Source of the DNA: an uncultured Gemmatimonadota bacterium
Lineage (GTDB): Bacteria; SM23-81
Reading direction: 5' to 3'
DNA: 13,715 nucleotides
Assembly (NCBI GenBank): GCA_964584035.1
Contig: CAZOYL010000048.1
Coordinates: 4,095-17,809, forward strand
The notes below the pieces were generated by a model. The model searched no databases and was not told the origin of the DNA. It was given only the letters and a program-made list of their open reading frames with translations. Both the position numbers and the translations under genes were made by a program. The first letter of the stretch is position 1; every line of letters begins with the position of its first letter. Positions 6,866 to 13,715 of the stretch are shown in pieces.

Positions 6866-8473
6866 ATGTTTCGTATTGAGAGCAAGATCGATGTCAGAGG
6901 CGAACCGTTTCAAAAAAATCGCCAGCACAATCTGAAGCTTCTGGAACAGTTCAGGAAGCGGCTCGGGAAGATCCGGTCGGGAGGGCCGGCGCAGGCCGTC
7001 AAACGGCACAAGGAGCGGGGCAAGTTGACTGCCCGGGAGCGCTTGGATCGGCTGTTCGATCCGGACACCCCTTTTCTGGAGTTGAGCTCCCTGGCCGCGC
7101 TGGGGATGTATCGGGATGATTTTCCCGGCGCCGGAATGATCGCCGGCATCGGAGTGGTTCACGGCCGGGAAGCCCTGGTGGTGGCCAACGACGCCACCGT
7201 GAAGGGCGGCACCTATGTTCCCATGACGATCAAGAAGCACGTTCGCGCCCAGGAGGTGGCCCTGGAAAACCGGCTGCCCTGCATCTACCTGGTAGATTCC
7301 GGCGGCATCTTCCTGCCCCTGCAGGTGGGCACTTTTCCCGATAAGGAGCACTTCGGCCGGATCTTTTATAATCAGGCCCGGCTGTCCGCGCTGAACATAC
7401 CGCAGATCTCGGTGGTCATGGGCTCCTGTACCGCCGGGGGGGCCTATGTGCCCGCCATGAGCGATGAAACGGTCATCGTCCGGCAGCAGGGCACCATCTT
7501 CATCGGCGGGCCGCCTCTGGTCAAGGCGGCCACCAAAGAGGTGGTCACGGCGGAGGAACTGGGCGGCGCCGATGTGCATTGCCGTATCTCCGGCGTCTCC
7601 GATCATTATGCCTTCGACGATGATCACGCCATTCAGATATGCCGTAACATCGTCCAGAACCTGAACCGGCCGGCCAAAACGGAGCTGGACGTGACTGAGC
7701 CAAGGGAGCCGTACTACGATCCCGAGGAAATCTACGGCATCATTCCGGCTGATCTGCGGAAAGCATTCGACATCCGGGAGATCATCGCCCGGATGGTGGA
7801 TGGGAGTGAATTCCACGAGTTCAAGGAGCTGTATGGTCCCACCATCGTGACCGGATTCGCCCGCATCATGGGATATCCGGTGGGCATTCTGGCCAACAAC
7901 GGGGTGCTCTTTTCGGAGAGCTCGGTCAAGGGTGCCCATTTCGTCGAACTGTGCGCCGTCCGCCGGATCCCGCTGATCTTTCTCCAGAATATCACCGGTT
8001 TCATCGTCGGCAAACAATACGAGCATGGCGGTATCGCCAAGGACGGGGCCAAGCTGGTTCACGCCGTGGCCAACGCCGACGTGCCCAAGTTCACCGTCAT
8101 CGTCGGCGGCTCATACGGAGCCGGAAATTACGGCATGTGCGGCCGGGCTTATGGTCCCCGCCTGCTGTGGATGTGGCCCAATTCACGGATCGCCGTCATG
8201 GGTGGGGAGCAGGCGGCCAACGTTCTGGCGACGATCAAGATGCGGCAGATGGAGAAGAAGGGTAAGAAGCTCTCCAAAAAGGCGCAGCAGGCCATCAAGA
8301 CGCCCATCCTGAAGAAATATGAGCAGGAGAGCAACGCCTATTACAGCACGGCCAGGCTGTGGGATGATGGCATCCTGGACCCCGTGGATACCCGGATGGC
8401 CCTGGCCCTGGGTATCTCCATGTCCCTGAACGCGCCGATCCCGGAGCATCGCTTCGGCGTGTTCCGGATGTGA
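6866..8473 (+). CDS. Acyl-CoA carboxylase carboxyltransferase subunit, 3-methylcrotonyl-CoA carboxylase beta-like (LiuB/MccB)
   Basis: [85 protein letters not shown] end. 535 aa. Confidence 0.95.
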   Translation: MFRIESKIDVRGEPFQKNRQHNLKLLEQFRKRLGKIRSGGPAQAVKRHKERGKLTARERLDRLFDPDTPFLELSSLAALGMYRDDFPGAGMIAGIGVVHGREALVVANDATVKGGTYVPMTIKKHVRAQEVALENRLPCIYLVDSGGIFLPLQVGTFPDKEHFGRIFYNQARLSALNIPQISVVMGSCTAGGAYVPAMSDETVIVRQQGTIFIGGPPLVKAATKEVVTAEELGGADVHCRISGVSDHYAFDDDHAIQICRNIVQNLNRPAKTELDVTEPREPYYDPEEIYGIIPADLRKAFDIREIIARMVDGSEFHEFKELYGPTIVTGFARIMGYPVGILANNGVLFSESSVKGAHFVELCAVRRIPLIFLQNITGFIVGKQYEHGGIAKDGAKLVHAVANADVPKFTVIVGGSYGAGNYGMCGRAYGPRLLWMWPNSRIAVMGGEQAANVLATIKMRQMEKKGKKLSKKAQQAIKTPILKKYEQESNAYYSTARLWDDGILDPVDTRMALALGISMSLNAPIPEHRFGVFRM

Positions 8474-8477
8474 TCGA

Positions 8478-8588
8478 TCGAGGATCGAGTTTTTCCTTCA
8501 TCTTTCAACTTTGATTTGCTGAATAGAGGGGGGTGGTGGAACGATTCGAAATTTAAAAATTACCATGTGCCATTTGCCATTGGCCATT
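8478..8588. repeat. Several short degenerate heptamer runs
   Basis: tcgagga tcgagtt (8478-8491); ccttcat ctttcaa ctttgat (8495-8515); attcgaa atttaaa (8544-8557); taccatg tgccatt tgccatt ggccatt (8561-8588). The last run is the clearest. Confidence 0.6.
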
Positions 8589-9860
8589 CTGCTGCCCCTT
8601 TTCCTGTTCGTCTCCCTGTCCCCGGCCGGTGAAGCGGATCTGGCCCCTGAGAAGGCCCCGGTGGACAGCGTCGACTGGCAGCAGCGCCTGGAACAGCTCC
8701 GTTCGGTGCCATACGTGGGCCTCTCCGATGAGGAGGCCGAACAGGAGGACACCGGCGTCAAGCTCTACGACCCCCGGAAGGCGTATGACGGATACAACCT
8801 GTATTGCATCCGTTCCGCCGGCGCCGCTTACTTGATGGATAATGAGGGGCGGGAGATTCACCGCTGGATCTATCGTGAAAGGCCGATGAGCGGTTCCCGG
8901 CATGCCGTGATGAACGATCATGTCATCGTGCTCAAAAACGGCGATGCCCTGATCCTCAAGAAGAAAGAGGGACTCATCCGCGTGAGCTGGGACTCGACGC
9001 CACTCTGGGAAGTGGAGCTTCAAGCCCATCACGATATGTCCCAGGCTCCCGACGGGTCCTTCTATGTGCTGATCCAGGAGCTTCATGAACACCGCGGTCT
9101 GAATGTCTGGTTCGATGTCATCGTCCATCTGGATGCCGATGGAAAGGAGATCGGTCGCTGGTCGACGTACGACCATCTGGAGGAGATCAAAAAAGCCCTG
9201 GACCCGGCTCCTTTTCTGGACACCGTTCTGGACAGCTCCCTGGTCCGGCCGCCGCAAAACGAGCAAAGACGGGAACACCTCAAGCACGAGATCGCCAAAC
9301 AGTATCGCTACGACTATTTTCACACCAATACCGTAACGGTGCTTCCTTCAACCCCTCTGGGCAGGCAAGACCGCAGATTCCGGGAGGGCAACCTGTTGGT
9401 CTGTTTCCGCAACATCGATCAGCTCGCCATCCTGGACCAGGGCACCGGCCGGATTGTATGGTCATGGGGCGCCGGAGAACTGGAGGGACCGCATCATCCC
9501 ACCATGCTGGAGACCGGTACTGTTCTGGTCTTCAACAACGGTGTCAAACGGATCTATTCATCGGTCGTGGAGCTGAATCCGGTGACCAGGGAGATCGTCT
9601 GGGAATATCAGGCCGATCCGCCTAAGAGCTTCTATACCTTCAGCCGGGGTTCCGCCCAGCGGCTGCCCAATGGGAACACCCTGATCTGCGCCAGCGATAA
9701 GGCTCGCGCCTTCGAGGTCACCCGGGAGGGTGAGGTGGTCTGGAAATGGCAGAATCCGGTCATGGTGGGAACCCACTGCGAGACCTTCTACCGCATGATG
9801 CGCCTGGAGGTAGAGCCCATCGACGAGATCATTCAGGACTATAAGGATCGACTCCATTAA
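8565..9860 (+). CDS. Secreted arylsulfotransferase (ASST)-like beta-propeller protein, paralogue 1
   Basis: Signal-like N-terminus, GYNLY, AHHD, DYFHTN, VCFRN, GPHHP, VFNNG, GSAQRLPNGNTLI, FEVTREGEVVW. The true start is uncertain. Confidence 0.85.
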   Translation: MCHLPLAILLPLFLFVSLSPAGEADLAPEKAPVDSVDWQQRLEQLRSVPYVGLSDEEAEQEDTGVKLYDPRKAYDGYNLYCIRSAGAAYLMDNEGREIHRWIYRERPMSGSRHAVMNDHVIVLKNGDALILKKKEGLIRVSWDSTPLWEVELQAHHDMSQAPDGSFYVLIQELHEHRGLNVWFDVIVHLDADGKEIGRWSTYDHLEEIKKALDPAPFLDTVLDSSLVRPPQNEQRREHLKHEIAKQYRYDYFHTNTVTVLPSTPLGRQDRRFREGNLLVCFRNIDQLAILDQGTGRIVWSWGAGELEGPHHPTMLETGTVLVFNNGVKRIYSSVVELNPVTREIVWEYQADPPKSFYTFSRGSAQRLPNGNTLICASDKARAFEVTREGEVVWKWQNPVMVGTHCETFYRMMRLEVEPIDEIIQDYKDRLH

Positions 9861-9867
9861 TAACAGA

Positions 9868-9895
9868 CCGGTGGAGGGTTCGGTGCCTTCACCGG
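9868..9895. other. Intergenic 10-bp stem-loop between the two sulfotransferase genes
   Basis: CCGGTGGAGG (9868-9877) pairs with CCTTCACCGG (9886-9895) with one G-U and an 8-nt loop. No U tract. Confidence 0.5.
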
Positions 9896-9967
9896 CCCGG
9901 TAATGTTTCGCCAGCGAGTGAAGCCGGCCGTCAAGACCCGAAGATCGCGAGGTACATTTCATAGATC

Positions 9968-11233
9968 ATGACCCGAACGGTTTGTGTCATACTCTGTGGA
10001 TATGTTTTTGGGGCGCTCGGATCAGCTGCCGGAACCGATCAGAGCGCCCAGCCGAAGCCGGAGGATTGGAACAGGCGTCTGGAAATGCTGCAGTCGGTAC
10101 CCTACCTGGCAGTCTCCGAGTCTACCACCGCCGCTGCCGATACGGACGTCGTATTCCACAATCCGGAGTTGGCCTGGCAGGGATACAATCTGTACATCAG
10201 CCGTCGCTCCGGCCTGGTCCATCTGATGGATATGAACGGCCGTGATGTTCATCAGTGGGATTGCCATCGCTTCGCCTCAAAAGGCGGTTATCATCATGTC
10301 CATCTTGTGGAAAATGGAGACCTGTACGTCCTCCGCGAAAGCGTCAGACTGTACCGGATCGACTGGAATTCCAATCTGATCTGGGAGAAGAAGCTCCGGG
10401 CCCATCATGACATCACCTTTCTTGACGATGGGTCCCTCTATGTTCCTCACCGGGAGTTGCGGGATTACGCCGATCTGAAGGTGGATTTCGATATCATCCT
10501 TCATCTCGACGAGGACGGCGAGGAGATCAACCGGTGGAGAACCTACGAACATCTGGATGAGCTCAAAAGGACTTTGGACACGAGGCTGTTTCTGGATACC
10601 ATCCTGGACAGCATCAAGGCCGGCGGCAGTCCCCGGGGCGGCATCTCGGGTGACGTGAAAAAGGCTCTGGGGCGGAAGGGAAACAAGAAGATCGATTATT
10701 TTCATCTCAACACCATCCAGGTGATGCCGGCCACCTCTCTGGGAGAGCGAGACCCCCGGTTTGCCGAGGGAAACCTGCTGGTCTGCTTTCGGAACGTCAA
10801 TCAGATCGCCGTGCTGGAGCGGGGCACCTACCGCATCCTGTGGTCCTGGGGGGCGGAGGAGCTGGAGTGGCCCCATCAGCCCTCATTACTGCCCTCCGGC
10901 CGCATCCTCATTTTTGACAACGGTGTGGAAAGGGAATTTTCCAGGGTGATCGAGATGCGTCCCCCCACGGGGGAGATCGTCTGGGGGTATATAGCTGAGA
11001 CGCCCGAGGATTTCTATACCAGCGGCGGGGGCTCTGCCCAGCGGCTGCCTAACGGGAACACCCTGATCTGCGAGACGAACAACGGGCGGGCGTTCGAGGT
11101 CAACCGGGAAGGGGATGTGGTCTGGATGTGGCTCAATCCGGCCACCTGGAGAGACCGCCGGGAGACCGTCTACCGGATGGAACGCCTGCCGCCGGAGATG
11201 GTGGAGCCGCTGCTGGAGAAACAATGGCCCTGA
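9968..11233 (+). CDS. Secreted arylsulfotransferase (ASST)-like protein, paralogue 2
   Basis: Signal-like N-terminus, GYNLY, AHHD, DYFHLN, VCFRN, WPHQP, IFDNG, GSAQRLPNGNTLI. Colinear with the upstream paralogue. Confidence 0.85.
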   Translation: MTRTVCVILCGYVFGALGSAAGTDQSAQPKPEDWNRRLEMLQSVPYLAVSESTTAAADTDVVFHNPELAWQGYNLYISRRSGLVHLMDMNGRDVHQWDCHRFASKGGYHHVHLVENGDLYVLRESVRLYRIDWNSNLIWEKKLRAHHDITFLDDGSLYVPHRELRDYADLKVDFDIILHLDEDGEEINRWRTYEHLDELKRTLDTRLFLDTILDSIKAGGSPRGGISGDVKKALGRKGNKKIDYFHLNTIQVMPATSLGERDPRFAEGNLLVCFRNVNQIAVLERGTYRILWSWGAEELEWPHQPSLLPSGRILIFDNGVEREFSRVIEMRPPTGEIVWGYIAETPEDFYTSGGGSAQRLPNGNTLICETNNGRAFEVNREGDVVWMWLNPATWRDRRETVYRMERLPPEMVEPLLEKQWP

Positions 11234-11235
11234 AA

Positions 11236-11319
11236 AACCGGTCAGCAATCGGCTTTAAGCAGTCGACAGTAAGCAGTCAACAGTAGACAATCAGCAGTGA
11301 ACAGAATGGTCATAGCAGT
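11236..11319. repeat. Degenerate heptamer tandem array, consensus about NRRCAGT, 12 units
   Basis: aaccggt cagcaat cggcttt aagcagt cgacagt aagcagt caacagt agacaat cagcagt gaacaga atggtca tagcagt in unbroken 7-bp register. Confidence 0.85.
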
Positions 11320-11357
11320 TTGGTATTATACGCCGATGAGAAGCGGAGCGATCACCC

Positions 11358-12155
11358 ATGTCAGATGTCAAAGAATATCAGACCATTCTCGCCTCCCGTG
11401 ATGGTCCGGTGTGGCATATCACACTGAATCGTCCGGAGGTCCACAACGCATTCAACGAGGCAATGATCGTGGAGCTGCTGGATGTCGTCGGCGGAGCCGT
11501 TCATGAGCCTCAAGTGCGGGTGGTCGTTCTCACCGGCAAGGGACGATCGTTCTGCGCCGGGGCCGATCTGAACTGGATGCGCCGGGTGAAAGATTACTCC
11601 TATGAGGAGAACCTCGAGGAGTCCCGGCGGCTGGCCGACCTGATGCATACCATCTATACCCTGCCCATGCCCACCATTGCCCGGGTCAACGGCGCCGCCA
11701 TCGGAGGCGGGACCGGTCTGCTGGCCGCCTGTGATGTGATCATCGCCGCCGAGACCGCCAAGTTCAGCCTCAGCGAGGTCAAGCTGGGTCTGGTGCCGGC
11801 GGTGATCTCTCCCTATGTCATTCGCCGGGTGGGCGAGAGCCGCTGCCGCCAGCTGATGCTGACCGGTGAGCGGTTCAAGGCCGACCGGGCCAAACGCTAT
11901 GGCCTGGTTAATACGGTGGTTCCCATCGAGGATCTGGACGATGCCGTTCAGGAGCGAGTCGCCCAGCTGCTGACCAGCGGACCGGAGGCGTTGAAGACCT
12001 GTAAAGAGTTGCTTCGCCGGGTTCCTCTGATGGACTTCGAACAGGCCAAGGCATACACCGCGGAGGTCATCGCCCGCTTACGGATCAGCCGGGAGGGTCA
12101 GGAGGGCATGGCGGCTTTCCTGGACAAACGAAAACCGGACTGGAGCCGATCGTGA
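11358..12155 (+). CDS. Enoyl-CoA hydratase/crotonase family, methylglutaconyl-CoA hydratase-like (LiuC)
   Basis: LNRPEVHNAF, FCAGADLNWM, GAAIGGGTGL, FSLSEVKLGLVPAVISPYV, EGQEGMAAFLDKRKPDW. SD GGAG 11345-11348. Flanked by carboxylase subunits. Confidence 0.92.
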   Translation: MSDVKEYQTILASRDGPVWHITLNRPEVHNAFNEAMIVELLDVVGGAVHEPQVRVVVLTGKGRSFCAGADLNWMRRVKDYSYEENLEESRRLADLMHTIYTLPMPTIARVNGAAIGGGTGLLAACDVIIAAETAKFSLSEVKLGLVPAVISPYVIRRVGESRCRQLMLTGERFKADRAKRYGLVNTVVPIEDLDDAVQERVAQLLTSGPEALKTCKELLRRVPLMDFEQAKAYTAEVIARLRISREGQEGMAAFLDKRKPDWSRS

Positions 12156-12199
12156 TGAATGGCCGAAGTCTCCGTTAGAGGCTATCGAGGTCGATGTTC

Positions 12200-13715
12200 A
12201 TGAAGGCAACGAAAAGAAAGCTGAAGAAGGTGCTGGTGGCCAACCGGGGGGAGATCGCCGTGCGGGTAATACGCGCCTGCCGGGAAGCCGGTATCCCCAC
12301 GGTGGCCGTCTATTCGTCGGCCGACAGCCGGTCGCTCCATGTGCAGATGGCCGACCAGGCCGTGTGTATCGGACCCCCGCCGCCGGTGGAGAGTTATCTG
12401 AATGTCGATTCCATCGTGTCGGCCGCTCGCAAGACCGGGGCCGCAGCGATCCATCCCGGATACGGCTTTTTGTCTGAAAACGCCCAATTTGCCGCCAGGT
12501 GTGAGCGGGAGGGCCTGATCTTCATCGGCCCGAGCGCCGCGGCCCTCTCTCTGGTCGGCGACAAGGTCGCCTCCCGCCGGACCATGAGCAAGGCCGGCAT
12601 TCCCATCATTCCCGGCATGAGGAGCAAGGGGAAAGCCCCGGGCCGTTTCGCCGCCGAGGCCGAGAAGATCGGCTATCCGGTGCTCATCAAGGCCTCGGCA
12701 GGGGGCGGGGGTAAAGGCATGATGGTGGTCCATTCCGTCGAAGAGCTGGGGCCGGCCGTGGAGGCCTCCATGAGGGTGGCCGGGGGAGCCTTCGGGGATG
12801 CCTCCGTCTATCTGGAGAAATACCTGCCGGCCCCCCGGCATGTGGAATTCCAGGTGCTGGCCGATACTCATGGCAACGTGGTCCACCTCTATGAGCGGGA
12901 ATGTTCCATCCAGCGGCGCCATCAGAAGATCGTCGAGGAAGCCCCCTCGGTCGCACTGGACGAGAAGCTTCGCGCCCGCATGGGTGAGGCGGCCGTGGCC
13001 GCCGTGAAAGCCTCCGGGTACAGTAATGCCGGAACGGTCGAGTTTCTTCTCGACCGGGGAGGAAAGTTCTATTTTTTAGAGGTCAACGCCCGGCTGCAGG
13101 TGGAGCACCCCATCACCGAGCTGACCACCGGCGTGGATCTGGTCCGCCAGCAGTTGCTGGTGGCCATGGGCGCAAAGCTGCCCTTCGGACAAAAGGACAT
13201 CGTCCGCCGGGGGCACGCCATCGAGTGCCGCATTTACGCCGAGGATCCGGCCAACGGCTTCATGCCCTCCTCCGGGCGGGTGGCTTTCCTCAAAGAGCCC
13301 GGCGGTCCGGGTGTGCGGCACGATTGCGGGATCTACAGCGGCTGCGAGGTGCCGGTGCATTACGATCCCATTCTTTCCAAGGTGATCGTCTGGGCCGAGG
13401 ACCGTCAGGCGGCCCGGCACCGTATGCTGTCGGCCCTCTCGGAGACCATCATCCTGGGCATTCAGACGACGGTGCCGTTTTTGCAGGACATCATCGCCCA
13501 CAAGGAGTTCGCCGCCGGGAATACGCGCACCGACTTTATCGAGAGCTACATGCTTCCCTGGAAAGAATCGCTCGACGCGCACATGCTGGATGCCGTTCTG
13601 ACGGCCGCCGCCGTCGATTCGCAAAACAGATCTCGACCCTCGGCGGGCGGTTCCGCAGGATCGCCCGAACAGCTCTCTCCCTGGCAGACGGGGGGCGGCT
13701 GGCGGATCGGGGGAA
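12200..13715 (+). CDS. Biotin carboxylase subunit of an acyl-CoA carboxylase (MCC alpha/LiuD-like), 3'-truncated
   Basis: Not in the ORF track because there is no stop in the window. Hand translation gives KKVLVANRGEIA, IHPGYGFLSEN, KASAGGGGKGM, ERECSIQRRHQK, RLQVEHPITE, RIYAEDP, YDPILSK, ending SPWQTGGGWRIGE. SD GAGGT 12187-12191; alternative ATG at 12194. Confidence 0.95.
   Translation, partial: MKATKRKLKKVLVANRGEIAVRVIRACREAGIPTVAVYSSADSRSLHVQMADQAVCIGPPPPVESYLNVDSIVSAARKTGAAAIHPGYGFLSENAQFAARCEREGLIFIGPSAAALSLVGDKVASRRTMSKAGIPIIPGMRSKGKAPGRFAAEAEKIGYPVLIKASAGGGGKGMMVVHSVEELGPAVEASMRVAGGAFGDASVYLEKYLPAPRHVEFQVLADTHGNVVHLYERECSIQRRHQKIVEEAPSVALDEKLRARMGEAAVAAVKASGYSNAGTVEFLLDRGGKFYFLEVNARLQVEHPITELTTGVDLVRQQLLVAMGAKLPFGQKDIVRRGHAIECRIYAEDPANGFMPSSGRVAFLKEPGGPGVRHDCGIYSGCEVPVHYDPILSKVIVWAEDRQAARHRMLSALSETIILGIQTTVPFLQDIIAHKEFAAGNTRTDFIESYMLPWKESLDAHMLDAVLTAAAVDSQNRSRPSAGGSAGSPEQLSPWQTGGGWRIGG

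Noticed and set aside
6605..8062. 485-aa minus-strand ORF and similar antisense ORFs (2711-3568, 5279-6079, 8553-9323, 12182-12922, 13076-13624)
   Set aside because: All lie opposite well-supported + strand genes and show no recognisable motifs.
8474..11357. Classical IS or transposon around the sulfotransferase pair
   Set aside because: No transposase or integrase, terminal inverted repeats or target-site duplication could be seen.

Overview
A GC-rich bacterial window with every credible gene on the + strand. The left part holds the 3' end of an EamA/DMT transporter, an internally deleted YpeA-like GNAT remnant, a family-3 O-methyltransferase, an NfeD + SPFH (YbbJ/QmcA-like) pair, a TauE/SafE permease that appears to start at CTG, and a 38-aa membrane peptide. 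A perfect sigma70 promoter (TTGACA-17-TATAAT, 3809-3837) is followed by a ~450-nt leader containing a Leu-rich 65-codon ORF, a terminator-like hairpin and a degenerate 14-bp tandem array. Downstream are a trypsin-like lipoprotein, an archaeal/SCP2-type thiolase with a DUF35 partner, and a leucine-catabolism-like cluster (carboxyltransferase, methylglutaconyl-CoA hydratase, biotin carboxylase running off the window). That cluster is interrupted by two paralogous secreted arylsulfotransferase-like genes with 7-bp-periodic DNA on both flanks. The main leads are a possible leucine-responsive 'inverse' attenuator, the heptamer-flanked sulfotransferase cassette, thiolase-DUF35 linked to liu-like genes without an adjacent HMG-CoA synthase, and non-canonical start codons. 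All family calls come from motif recognition by eye; no searches were run.
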